From Macrostomum lignano (lineage: Eukaryota), in the NCBI GenBank assembly GCA_002269645.1, contig NIVC01003394.1, positions 1-64,000 of the forward strand: 64,000 bases of DNA, written 5' to 3'. Below, in pieces: positions 42,705 to 55,724 of the stretch (positions within the stretch are counted from its first letter, which is position 1; every line of letters begins with the position of its first letter). The position numbers were made by a program, and so were the translations under genes. A model generated the notes under the pieces. The model searched no databases. It was not told where the DNA came from and was given only the letters and a program-made list of their open reading frames with translations.

Positions 42705-43474
42705 TATACCTTTTAACAGTGTTGTTGGGCGTAGGTGAAATTTATCTGGTCCAAGTGCTCCTACCACTGAGCGAAGTGAGTTTGATTTAGTCGCTTCAAT
42801 TAGCTTGCAGCCATAGACGGTGAATTCAATATAGTCGTTTTTAGCGCGCGCAACGAGATCGTGACTTTTATTTAGTCAAAGTGAAATGAATATGGTCAAC
42901 GAGATCGTAAACTTTCATAAAAGGCGCAAAAACACATAAGATGTGTAAGATGTAAGATGTAAGATGTAAGGTGTAAGATGCAATGGCAGCACACAACTAG
43001 TGACCGTCAGGCAAACAAAACTGTTCAGTGTTCAATTAGGCAACGATGTCCTCCATGGCTATGCAGCGCGGTACATAGCGCAGACTTTCTCGGTGCCAGG
43101 CTTCGCAGTGCAGCTGTGTAACTGCGCTCATACAGTCTTCCAGTTCACGCTCCAGAATGCGTGCGCGGTGTTCCTGCAGCGTAATGCCTAACGCGGCAGC
43201 TGCATTCCTATCGCCAATAGAAAGAATTCTATGATTCAGCAAATTCTATAGCCAAACAAGAACTCTAAGCGGACTAAATAAATTTCACTACGACTAACTT
43301 TAAGTCACGGTAAGCTCAGCGCTAAGCAAGAGCGACCAAATATATTTAACTTTTCCTCAATCGTCTATGGCCAAAATCAACAGCTAGACTATATCAAACT
43401 CACTTCACTCAGTGGTAGGAACACTTGGACTGGATAGATTTCACTTGTGCCCAACAACACTGTTAAAAGGTATA
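42705..43474. mobile_element. MITE with ~120-bp TIRs (TA/TATA ends) and a GC-richer internal segment
   Basis: tataccttttaacagtgttgttgggc...gccatagacg is inverted against cgtctatggcc...gcccaacaacactgttaaaaggtata. Confidence 0.75.
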
Positions 43475-44351
43475 CTTACTCTCAGCAACCTTTGACTCGA
43501 CCATGTCTTATAATGATTTATCTACCGAATCCGAATTTTATATTTATATTCTTTGGTTTAAAGTTCATGTGATAAAGATGACGTCACAGATTGGTTTGCA
43601 CTTTACTGTATGTACTTTTATCAATGGGAGTTTTATCTGTAATAATTTTTTTATAGATTCAAATGCGTTTGCTGTGTCGGCGACTGTGTTCAACTCTTGC
43701 TTGGCATCATCTTGTTTGTCGCGTTCTTCCACGAGTCAGTACAGTGATGTGGCTTTCATAGTTCTTGTAGCCTTCTCTATACTTATATAATAATATAATA
43801 GTAATAAATTTCGTTTCTATTCGGTTAATAAGATGTATACGCTAGCATTAGTGCAATGTTTTTCCTGTAATCACAATCAATTTAACTATGATGCTTTTTA
43901 TTGTTGCCTAATGTACTTTTAGGTATGTACTTTTATGCTATTATTATTTCTATTGCTTTCAACTTTAATAGTCAATTTATAATTGAAGACTGTGCACTTT
44001 GCGCATAGAACACTTTTTCAAAATACATGTTTAGATCTTGTCACGTGACTACTATAGCGAATGTCTTGCTTAGAGTGTTTTACACAATTGAGATTTGACT
44101 TTGACTAACTTCTTAACTAATTTCGAAACAGGTTGGAGTAAAACAAACAAATGGGACCCAGTGTAATCTTTTGGGTCAAAACAATTATGACTATATGGTT
44201 GCAATCGCAAGACCGTGGGGTTGCAAGTGAAGACCAAATTTAACCCAGAGCTCTCTTTTGGCTCTATGTTTGAAAATATATTCAAATTGTCGTGACGCGA
44301 AAGTGACTTTCACTTTTGCATTTGAATTTGACTAGGGTTCATCATCTTGAC

Positions 44352-44840
44352 CAGGGGTCAGCAAAAACTTCTTACCTCAAGGTTCAGATGAAGAATCCAG
44401 GTCATGGCTAGGGGCCAGATGAGAGAGGAAAAGAGGAAATAGAAAATGAGAGAAGAGAGAGAAGAGATATAAGAAAGAAGACAAGAGGAGAAAAGAGGGG
44501 AGAGACGAGAGAAGGGAGTGAGGGAGGAGAGGAGAGAAGGGGAGAGAGGAGAGGGAAGAGAAGAAGGTAAGAGGGTATAGAAAGGAGAAAGAAAGAGGGG
44601 AGAGAGGGTAGAGAAAAGGGGGGAGAGGAGAGAGGGTAGAGGGGAGAGAGGAGACGGGAGAGAAGAAGGGAAGAGGAGAGAGGGAAGAGAAGCGGGTGTA
44701 ATAGCTCACGCGAACTCCACTCGTTAAGTAAGTTAGAACTCTACGAGAAAGCTTGAGCGACTGCTCAAAGGACCCCAGGGCCGTATAGAGGGAATTCGCA
44801 GGTCGCATGTGGCCTGCGCGCCGGAGTTTGCCAACCCCTG
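44352..44840. mobile_element. hAT/Charlie-like MITE with an internal GA-rich tract (44415..44695)
   Basis: TIRs CAGGGGTCAGCAAA ... TTTGCCAACCCCTG; flanks atcttgac / atctagat resemble the Charlie nTCTAGAn target. Confidence 0.78.
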
Positions 44841-45567
44841 ATCTAGATCGAGATTTTAGTGAACTTTTTAAGCGCTGAAGACGGACGGCTCGCGAGCCAA
44901 AGAAATGATCTGAGAGACTGACGCGGTTGAGCGAGAGAAGTCCATGAATACAGCTAACGGCTTCTCATCTCTCTTTATTGCAAAAGAAAAAAATCATTAT
45001 CATAATAAATAAATAAAGTTGATGTTGGTTGCCCTCCACCATAGTACCCCCATCTGAAAGAGCGAAAAAGTATGCGAAGCTGCATCAAAACTTGAACTGC
45101 TCGGTATACGAGCGGAGTTACGAACATAACGAACATTGCCATACGAAACAAAAATATGATAATAGCTTAATAAACCAATGATGATCTAGTAAAAATGCAC
45201 TAGTAAACGGTTTAAAGTTCGTTTGATTTAAAACCTCTCAAAGCTGGTCAAATAAGGTCTTATACATGTACTAATATCGTGCAGGGGAACAGCCCCGGAT
45301 TTTTATCGGAGGTGCCACCCGCCTGCACTAACAAGAGGGCTCGAGCAGCTCAGCAGTAAAAACACCTTGACTCTCGCGCCACGACGGTATTGAGACGACG
45401 TCACCGAACGCATTGCGCCAGGAGGCCCGAAACCCTGCTCTGAATGCTATATAAAAATATTGCATCCTAACCATAAAGAAAGTGCAGCTCTACAGCACAC
45501 CTGGTATGTAAAGTTACGAAAAACTGCACCACCTCAGTTTGAGAAAATTTAATAAAATTTACTTTCT

Positions 45568-47347
45568 TCAACCGAGAAAAGCTCCGATGGTGGTGAGAAT
45601 GGCTTTGCCGCAGGCTGGGCAGGTGCAGAAGCTTCTCGCGCATTTCCGGCAGTATTTCAGGTGCGCGCAAGGCAACAAAACGCAGTCGAGGCTTCGCTGA
45701 CTGCAGTTCTTGCTCATCGGGCTGTCGTCGCAATCTGTTGAAGCCGGGCCGGAGCTTCTGGCCGGCTCCTCGGGCCTGTAGTCATCTGAATTTCTGAGTA
45801 AGAAAAAATCGAGGCCATTGATCGTATTGTTGTGTTCTGTACTTTTGTTTCAATGTAAGGGCACCCCGTCCTTCAGTCTTTGGATGACTCGTTAGTTGTG
45901 TGCGTTGTTCCATGCACCTTCCATGTGATTTGTCATTCGGCTTAAGCCTTTGCCGAGGTTAATTCCCTCCTCTCCCAGTTCTCCTTGTTATTAACTTATC
46001 ACAATTTTCGTGCCGTCAATTGGATTGGCGCTTCTGTGCCTCTTGTACTATTTGCTGTTCACTGCGTTCTGATTGGCTGGGCTGGGCGGCGGACTCGGTG
46101 TTTCCTTTCCCTCCTGGAGGTGTGGTTGGCTGATGCGGGATGGGGTCGGTGGTGGGGTGGTGGGTCTGGGTTGCCCAACCCTCCCCCTGTCGTTTTGGGT
46201 TTTGTCGTGCCATTTGATTGGCTTTTCTCACTTAGCCGGAAAGACGGGTCTTACTGCGAAGTCTCAATAATGAAAGAAGACCCGCTAGACCTACCGAAGC
46301 GTACCGGCGCACTTGTGCCATGCTGCTTTCGTAATTAAGCCTTTGTTACTAATTACATGAGTGCGTGCTGCTCTGTTCATTGTTTCGGTTGCCTAGGGGT
46401 TCGAAGAGCCCATGTGTCCGGACGCTCACCCCGTAGGCTAGTAGGGATCCTGGTATACAGCACTACGACTGTCTATATCTGTATCTAAATATCGCCCAGC
46501 ACAGATGAAATATTTGAATCGCTGAGGCTAATCTAATTTGTTGCATAGTGTTAAAGATACCTAGACCTTGAAAAAGGTTTTAACACTAAAAGTCGAAAAC
46601 GTATCATGTTAGAAATTACCTCAAGCAGTTGATGCGCTCGGTTTGTGCAGGTGTGGCTACGCACCAGCTGGCAGCTGCCTTCACCAAATCTGCGGTCCAG
46701 GAACCCAGCGTGCGCAGAGCATCCGGTATGCCGTGAATCACTCTGATGAGGTCTCCCGGCTGCGTCAATTTCAAGTCACTGCCTGCCGCCTGCTTCAAAA
46801 CCATGAGTTTCAACAAGGACAGGACGACGTCTCCTTCGGAAAAGCCGTACGACTTCACGTGTCCAACGATGGGGTCAAGAAGAGCTGATAGAAGCTGGCC
46901 GATCAGTTTTTCGTGTTTTTTAGCATCAGCAGCAATTTCAGCGTTGGGCGGCTTCTTGTCAATGAGCTGCAGCAATTGAAGCAGCTTGCAGTTGGGCTGG
47001 TGAAACGATTTCCACTGCTCCAGACGGTCTGTCAGTTTCTCAACTCGGAAGCCGCAGTGACAGCAACTGGCGCCCCAACTGCCATCGAAATGAAACCCCT
47101 GCTCGGCCACCTTTTCTGCTGCAGTTGCTTCTATAATGCCTTTGAACGACTGAAGACGGCGATTAAAGATAATCTGATCCGGTCTGTTTGATGTGCCGAT
47201 TATAAGTAGTAGATAACCGGCCAGAACCAAATTCCAAACTCTATTTTCTGCCCCTTGAATAGACTTTTTAGCCTGTTCGGCTGAGAGTAGCGGGATGGTC
47301 AGGGTCTGAATATTGGTTTGGTTGCTAGATTGACTGGCGCGGGCCAT
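45568..47347 (-). CDS. IAP-like gene 1 (divergent BIR, UBA-like, RING variant); exons 47347..46620 and 45793..45568
   Basis: RLQSF..AEQGFHF...SCCHC...HQPNC; VKSYGFS..PGDLI. Phase-2 intron TTG AG|GTAATT ... CTCAG|A; hand-translated last exon ...DDSPMSKNCSQRSLDCVLLPCAHLKYCRKCARSFCTCPACGKAILTTIGAFLG*. Confidence 0.78.
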
Positions 47348-48404
47348 TAATCGGTTCTTCAGTTGCCTGCTTGAACTCTGAAGGAACCTGTGAGGGTGCA
47401 AGCCAAAAAAACAAAATGAATCGTACGAAGCTTTATGGAAGGTATAACTTATTGGGGTTGTATTGCTGTCCAAAAATTACTGTAGCAGTTTTAGTTTTCA
47501 TAAATTTAATCTTTACTACGAGTACTAGGAAAAATCACAACAATAAAGTAGGCTGTGCGAATTTTAACTCTTTTTGTATTAATGAGCATTTCATGTATAT
47601 TATGTGGTATTCAACAATAAAGTTAGACAGATTCACGACCTACCATAGGCCATTTGCAGCAGAGAAAAGCTCTACATGTCCTATGTGTACATGTAGTGGC
47701 TGTGCTCCATTAGCCTTGCTGCAATGCAAACCGTATACTTCTTTACTCAGAGGCGATTTTCTTTTGCGAACAATGAGAGAGACTCATTGTATATTCGGAA
47801 CTTTTGTATTCGGAACAGCAAAATCGGAAACCGAAACCCTACACCCTGTGCGCCTGATCGAGAGTTGGAAAAACTTTGGGAAACTCGCAGTGTACAATCA
47901 GTCTTCCATGCAATTCTCCAGGTTTTCAGTGTTGCTGAGTATGTGGCTCCTACAAATAAGGAACTAAGGAGTCAAGGACTATGCAGTTATTCAAACAATA
48001 CGCTCGTAGAGGAACAGATCTGTGCCAAATTATAAGGGCATAAGCAATATAGACAGACCACTATTCTAGCCAGGAATATACGGGCCAGCTTTTCGAAGTG
48101 CGGTTTTAAAGAAGGCTCAAAATACAAAAGCTACTATTGGGTGTGGCCATAGACGATTCAGTCGCACACACACCCATGCAGCCATGAGCTAAGAAAGCAA
48201 TGCTTTAAGCTGGGAAAATAAAAAAGAACGTTACGATAACATGAAATAAAAATAAGACGCTCGGTTAAGAGAGCAAATACTTTGTAGTTGGCTCACTGCT
48301 GTCTTCCGCTAGAGAAGAAGTCACAACAGCTGCAAAATGGTAGGCTACAAAACTGACTACTTACAAAAGCCGATCGTCAAAACTGTCATTTCAGCTACTA
48401 CGAG

Positions 48405-48752
48405 CAGGGGCGTCGCTTTGGATTTTGTAGTGGAGGGAAAAAGCCAAGAATTCTACACATGTACATGTACATCACTAAATTCCGACATGTACGTTATTTT
48501 GAGAATCGCTTATTTTAGCATTTTAGCTTACTTTATATAAGAGAGACACTCCTTTCAACGCAGCTGGCATTCATTTTGGCACCGCAGGCACTCATTTTGG
48601 TGCCGCAGGTGCTATTTTTATCGCCCTAAAGCAAAATTATTGATTTCCATAACTGGTCACCAGGTAAAGGGGTGGGGGGGACAAAGCATCAAAGCTCCAG
48701 CCTTTAGTGGAGGGGGACACGTCCCCATGTCCCCCCGTTGGCGACGCATCTG
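48405..48752. mobile_element. hAT-like MITE
   Basis: Ends caggggcgtcgc ... gcgacgcatctg; flanks actacgag / actacgac (7/8). Confidence 0.62.
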
Positions 48753-49774
48753 ACTACGACTCTAGAATTTGAAACGTAAATTGAAATCAAAATGATTCCC
48801 AAACATTCAAACGTAAACCATTTTCACAACAAGTCTATAGACTCCGTTGCGTTACTATGAATTCAATTCATTGCGAGTGACATATCTAGTGCTTAGATGT
48901 TTTAAAATTAAAATGTCTAAATAATATACCAAGAAGCTTCCAAAAACCTAACAATGGGTTGAGAAAATTGTTGCATATTCTGTCAACTTGTAGAATAAAG
49001 CTTGAAAAAGGTTTCTAAAAATTGAATTTTAAAAGTTTTGCAAAAAAATCGTTAGGCCCATTAACGTATAGTATTTTTTTCATGCTACAGAATCGCAGAT
49101 GAAGGCTTTAAATCACAACAGCTTTATTTTAGGCGACTTAAACTCTTTATAGGTCTCTTTTAGGAATTTTACTTGAAAATAAATCTTCTTTTAAAAAATA
49201 ATCCGCTTTGTGATAGACACGTCTCGCTTTGAAACAGCTCACAGTTTCCCAGTAGAATAGAGTAGAGTAGCAGTAGGATTCCCATGCAGAAAATGATGTG
49301 GCTTAATATTTTATATTTCACTTTCTAAACAGTTTTTTTTCAGTTTTTTTTCGATGACTGATTAGCATATCTTTCCTCCTCCTCTTCGAAGAGTTGCAGC
49401 CCTTCCCAAGCTCGGACACTGGTGTTTTCCGTCATCTGATTAATTATGTCTTCAGCGAAGTAATTTTACCATCTCAGCGATCGCAATTCAGCTCTCTATC
49501 GTCAGACGAGGAATTACAAGAAACTCTGGGAGATTTAAGAAATAAAGAGCCGTGCGCAAAGACTACAGTGAGTTTACATATGTACTCAGCAACATTGAAA
49601 AGACGCCATCGTAGAAGATTCCTTCTGTGGTTGGCACTTTTGAGAGTGCAGGTAAAGTCTCTGATTGGCGCGAGATTCCATTCCCATATAGTAAAAAGGA
49701 CGTCTCCATGTGTGGGTAGTCTAGATATAAAATTCTAGCAGAAGTCTGTTTCAGGCTATCTGACAGTCGCTAAG

Positions 49775-52700
49775 TCACACTATATAGGCAGGTACATTGC
49801 ACAGTATATAGCGGCCACAAAGTTGACAATTCTTCATATCGCTGACGCACACTTGGCAGAACTTCAGGTGAGCGCACGGCAGCACGATCCGATTGCGTTG
49901 GCGACTGCGGCACTGAACACACTGCGGGCTGTCATCGTCTTGAAGCAGTGGATTGGCGTGCGTTACATCTTGCTCACTGCAATCGGGTTTTGTTCAAGGG
50001 GAATGTTTGAGAGGGTTGCGTGCAGCAATCACATCAAATCGAAGCAGACAGCTTAGACTAATATGTTATTAAATTTCCTCAGATAGGAGTTTTTAAACAC
50101 CCGTGAACTAGCTACTGGCTGGCGCCCCTGGTGCTGGCGCCCCTGGTGCTGGCGCCCCTGGTGCTGGCGCCCCTGGTGCTGGCGCCCCTGGTGCTGGCGC
50201 CCCTGGTGCTGGCGCCCCTGGTGCTGGCGCCCCTGGTGCTGGCGCCCCTGGTGCTGGCGCCCCTGGTGCTGGCGCCCCTGGTGCTGGCGCCCCTGGTGCT
50301 GGCGCCCCTGGTGCTGGCGCCCCTGGTGCTGGCGCCCCTGGTGCTGGCGCCCCTGGTGCTGGCGCCTCTGGTGCTGGCGCCCCTGGTTCTGGCGCCCCTG
50401 GTGCTGGCGCCCCTGGTGCTGGCGCCCCTGGTTCTGGCGCCCCTGGTGCTGGCGCCCCTGGTGCTGGCGCCCCTGGTGCTTGCGCGTCTGGTGCTGGCGC
50501 CCCTGGTGCTGGCGCCCCTGGTGCTGGCGCCCCTGGTGCTGGCGCCCCTGGTTCTGGCGCCCCTGGTGCTGGCGCCCCTGGTGCTGGCGCCCCTGGTGCT
50601 GGCGCCCCTGGTGCTGGCGCCCCTGGTGCTGGCGCCCCTGGTGCTGGCGCCCCTGGTTCTGGCGCCCCTGGTTCTGGCGCCCCTGGTTCTGGCGCCCCTG
50701 GTGCTTGCGCCCCTGGTGCTGGCGCCCCTGGTGCTGGCGCCCCTGGTGCTGGCGCCCCTGGTGCTGGCGCCCCTGGTGCTGGCGCCCCTGGTGCTGGCGC
50801 CCCTGGTGCTTGCGCGTCTGGTGCTTGCGCGTCTGGTGCTTGCGCGTCTGGTGCTTGCGCGTCTGGTGCTTGCGCGTCTGGTGCTTGCGCGTCTGGTGCT
50901 TGCGCGTCTGGTGCTTGCGCGTCTGGTGCTTGCGCGTCTGGTGCTTGCGCGTCTGGTGCTTGCGCGTCTGGTGCTTGCGCGTCTGGTGCTTGCGCGTCTG
51001 GTGCTTGCGCGTCTGGTGCTTGCGCGTCTGGTGCTTGCGCGTCTGGTGCTGGCGCCCCTGGTGCTGGCGCCCCTGGTGCTGGCGCCCCTGGTGCTGGCGC
51101 CCCTGGTGCTGGCGCCCCTGGTGCTGGCGCCCCTGGTGCTGGCGCCCCTGGTGCTGGCGCCCCTGGTGCTAAAGCCCCTGGTGCTAAAGCCCCTGGTGCT
51201 AAAGCCCCTGGTGCTAAAGCCCCTGGTGCTAAAGCCCCTGGTGCTAAAGCCCCTGGTGCTAAAGCCCCTGGTGCTAAAGCCCCTGGTGCTAAAGCCCCTG
51301 GTGCTAAAGCCCCTGGTGCTAAAGCCCCTGGTGCTAAAGCCCCTGGTGCTAAAGCCCCTGGTGCTAAAGCCCCTGGTGCTAAAGCCCCTGGTGCTAAAGC
51401 CCCTGGTGCTAAAGCCCCTGGTGCTAAAGCCCCTGGTGCTAAAGCCCCTGGTGCTAAAGCCCCTGGTGCTAAAGCCCCTGGTGCTAAAGCCCCTGGTGCT
51501 AAAGCCCCTGGTGCTAAAGCCCCTGGTGCTAAAGCCCCTGGTGCTAAAGCCCCTGGTGCTAAAGCCCCTGGTGCTAAAGCCCCTGGTGCTAAAGCCCCTG
51601 GTGCTAAAGCCCCTGGTGCTAAAGCCCCTGGTGCTAAAGCCCCTGGTGCTAAAGCCCCTGGTGCTAAAGCCCCTGGTGCTAAAGCCCTGGTGCTAAAGCC
51701 CCTGGTGCTAAAGCCCCTGGTGCTAAAGCCCCTGGTGCTAAAGCCCCTGGTGCTAAAGCCCCTGGTGCTAAAGCCCCTGGTGCTAAAGCCCCTGGTGCTA
51801 AAGCCCCTGGTGCTAAAGCCCCTGGTGCAAAGGTGCTCTGAAGATTGGCCCAGTCATCTAATATCTAATATTTGGAAAGCTCGGTTTAAATCTGATAGCG
51901 GACTCATATAATGGACAAAAATCTGTACATGTTGGTTAAATGCAAACTCAAAAGCATAGAGCAATAATACACGTAACTCGTAGTTACTACGACTTTAACA
52001 GTTGAACCGCAGCAGAGCAGCAAAAGCAGCATCTGTCGAACTTTGAAGCCACCGAGTTAACAAAAATCCTATAGGCGGCCTGCCGACCTCCTTAGCATCA
52101 GCGATGTTGCTTAATCAGAATGCATCCTATTGGCACGAGTACGCTGGATCAATGGCGAGTTTTGACTTTTACCGTGTTTTGTTTCAGTTTAGCAACTAAA
52201 AACGATGGCATAAATGAATTCGATATTAGTTTTTTAGGGGCTGTGTGCACCCTGGCGCACTTTAAGCGACATTGTCACACAACCGGCGAGAGGCATTACT
52301 GCTTATTCCGCCGACTGCCCTGAGCAGGCACACAAGCGCGCGGATACGCACGCAGTCATACCCACAGGCGCGCACTCACATAGGGGTGTACAGCGGCCCT
52401 GACTTTATTTATCGTTAGGCATGTACACTTCACTGTGCCTTGGGGTATGGATTCCAATTTAGCCCCAAATTCATGTGACTGCACTTGGAATCGAGCCTGG
52501 GCCGCTGGCACATGAGAGCGCCGCACCACACCACTGGTTGTTATTGCTTCCCCAAACAACAAAAGGTGTTATTGCTCATATTTAAAATTATGATTACTAT
52601 TAATATTTTTAAAATACGTCCTGTGTGTTGGCACGCAGTTAGTGACTTGCACTTCCGACTGAACTGTTGAATCTATCGACGGTCTGCATGGTGATGTTGC

Positions 52701-54766
52701 TGACTTCTTCAAATCTAATCAGGGTACGAGGCGAAAATCCGATTTGCATGCTGGTGTATACAGAATTTCTTCTACCTGAACAAAAAAGAGTATACAGGGT
52801 AGATTTCGTTTCCGTTTTATACATTGATCAGATCGAAGCCTTACTTTGGGCTCAATTCCGTAGCCTAAGCTGACGTCCCGCGAGCAGTCAATTTAGTTCT
52901 GAATGTTGAAAAACAGTCTGAGAGTCTCTGAGGTTCTATGGCCAAAGTGTTGCATAACGCTCTAATCAATTTGATCCTGCGAGCAGTAAAATTCACACAA
53001 TCTTTTTAAAATCTATGTACTGTAGATCAGTTATCATGCATCCCAGGGTCTAACACGACAACGCAACACAACACAACACAACGCAACAAGGCAATGCAAT
53101 GCGGAATAACACAACAGAATAGGAACCATCATGCTATAGTCAGTTTCGAAGGTTATCAAACTCAGAGAATCGGTAGGCCAGTGATGCAGCGGTGAAGCTG
53201 TAGGCTGTATAGCCAATCATCATTTCACGATGCCAACCTCCGCATTTTTCAATGCTTGCAAGATCAAGGAGATGAAGTAACGCTAACACGTCTTCATCCT
53301 GCAACTTCTTGGGACTGTCTGCCACCTTTTGGTGTACGATATCGGCGTTCAGTTATCTGGTACCGTCTTCTGATTGAATCGACTGTCCGGATCTTCAAAT
53401 TCCGCCACTGAGCAATTGCCGATGGCCTGTATGATCAAGAAGTACCTTTCGTCCCCGATCTTATCGTATGAACCGCGTCCTTCGAGCAGTTGCTTTTCAG
53501 CAGTGACGAAACTTTCGCTGCTCTCCGAATCGCTCATTCCAGCACGGGCTCCGAACAAAGTCAGTCTATGGGTCTCTGACAGTCTGTGGCTTGAGCGAAA
53601 TCAAGTGCTCCCAGGAACATATCATTGCTGTCCGGTAAATCGGGTGGGAACCATGGATGAAGGAAGGACGGATCCTTTTCTATTCCTTCATCCATGGTGG
53701 GAACATGATTGGAACGAAACGACAGTTCTGGCCATAGAACCCTAGGTGCCTCTGTGAATCCGTGTGGACTTTTACCTTTCAGATTAAATCCACTGCTCGC
53801 AGGACCGAATTGAGTGGGAGTGGTATATTGCAGCAAAGAACAAAGCACAAGCAAAAAGCAGAGTTAAAGCACAAATTCGATCGAGCAAACAAATACAGAA
53901 TCTTACGGCATCGTAGCTCCAAAATTGATATTCGACACATGGTTTCCGTTGTTAATACGAGCAGCAACCACTTGCTCAGGTACTCGATCGGTGGTTCCCA
54001 GACAGCTCGAAAGATCTCGCTGCAGCAGGTCTCTGAATGAGCCTCTACCAGCCAATGCTTCTCTCAAGAATGACACCAGCTCAGGCGACAGAGAGTGCAA
54101 GATCTGAATTAAGTCTCCAGGTCTCAGGTCTGAGCTTTTATCCGCTGGACAGAAGGCGTAGTTATTTATTGCCAGTGTCACGCCGTCCTCCGGGAAGCCG
54201 TACGATTCAACCTGGCCAATCAGTTGTCCGTTCAAAAGCAGCTCAAAGAGTTTTCGCAGTTTAGTCAAAAGCTTTTCAACTCGGGAAGCGATTTCAGCCA
54301 TCATCACGGATAGTTCAACATTTAGAAGTCGGATCAGTTGATGCAGACTGCACTCTGGCTGCTGGTTCGCGTGGCATTCAGCGGGCTCGCAAGCAGTCAG
54401 ATTGTCCGCGTGACCTCCGCAGTGGCAGCAGCTGGCACCTCCAAGTCCATCGCTGACAAATCCGTGCCTCGCCCAACGCTCCGCAGTTTCAACATCAACA
54501 AAGCCGTTACCAGAGAATGAGCGCAGACGATTTTCATAGCTCAGATTGGCTGGGCTGACGGATGCAGCTAAAATAGTCAATAAGTTACCCAGAACATAAA
54601 CTCGCAGCCTCGGGTTCGCATCCGGTGCCAATTGCACCTTTTGCTCACTTGGATTTGTCTTTTCATTTTGTTCCGATTGGGGAATTATCTTTGGCAGCAC
54701 AGTATTTACCAAAATGTTGTTTTCTTCGTTGGCCGTCGATGCTCCGTTGTGGTTGTAGTTGGACAT
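49775..54766 (-). CDS. IAP-like gene 2; exons 54766..53907 and probably 49976..49775 (RING)
   Basis: RLRSF..ARHGFVS..ASCCHC..EPAECH....PEC; VESYGFP..PGDLI. Donor ATG CC|GTAAGA (phase 2). Hand-read RING exon [54 protein letters not shown] behind a phase-2 AG at 49977/49978; the exon join is inferred. Confidence 0.7.
50117..51826. repeat. 15-bp minisatellite, ~114 copies, in homogeneous variant blocks
   Basis: Units GGCGCCCCTGGTGCT, TGCGCGTCTGGTGCT, AAAGCCCCTGGTGCT. Confidence 0.96.
52230..52545 (-). mobile_element. SINE family A copy 3 (older, internally deleted, degenerate head)
   Basis: gtgcaccctggcgcactttaagcgac...ttggaatcgagcctggg matches copies 1 and 2. Confidence 0.8.
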
Positions 54767-55724
54767 TTTGGCCGCCTGCAAAAAATAAAAATAGTAATGC
54801 AAAAAACCAATTCTGTCTAAAATTCTAATTTATTTCTGTAAACTGAAATATCCGTTACGAACTTTTTTGTTCGATGCGAACACGCTCGCTGAGTTTCCAG
54901 GAAATCAGCGGAAACTGTCGGACCTCCCAGCGCATAAATCTGAATCCTATAGCTGACTGGTCTGGCTTCAATCAAACTATTGTTTACATGTGTCTAATGA
55001 CGAATTCACAATCAATCAATCAATTCGTGCACCAAAACGTACCAATAAAACACATTAGAATCCGTAAGGGTAAAAAGCCTGTTTGTTTCTGGCAAGAGTT
55101 GAGCAATGCGCGAGAGCCGATGTGTTTTAGATGTTTTTGTCTCGTACGGCTAAAGAGGTTTATCTTTATGCCTTCGAGTATTTCGCTAGCATTGAATTGG
55201 CATATGCACATGGCTGGCCGCAGCAAGGACAGTCATTGTACACGGAGCCTTCACAATCTTTAACACGTCAAGAGAGTACAGCGATGTGCAAAACCCATGA
55301 AAAAAAGTAATGCAGGAGCGTAAGCTTGATGAAATGCTTATATACAAGCTGTTTAAACAATTTTTACAACAAGGATACAAGAGTAGATGCCACTTCAGTA
55401 CAAGAACAGCCCGTAGTATTAGGCATATTATTAGCAGTGACGCCGTGCTTGTATTGTAATTGTACACCGCAACATTGACAAGCTCAAATATTCTGTGGAT
55501 CCGTGATTTTCAATCCATTACAGGCGTTGAGATTATTGTAGAGTACTTTTGCACCTGTGGTAGTTATCTACTTCGTAATAAACTAAAGTTGTTCTACGCG
55601 AAAGGCATTGCATTTCTCTTTTTATGCAATATGGTGAAATTATATCCGATTAATGCTTCAGAAAAATAGTTTTCAAGCATACATTTACTTCACCTAATTT
55701 TTTATTACACCTGCTCTAATGGGT

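Noticed and set aside
50131-51911. 521-aa ([10 protein letters not shown])n protein and related ORFs
   Set aside because: Arises automatically from a stop-free 15-bp unit; CTG/GTG start only; lies antisense in a predicted intron.
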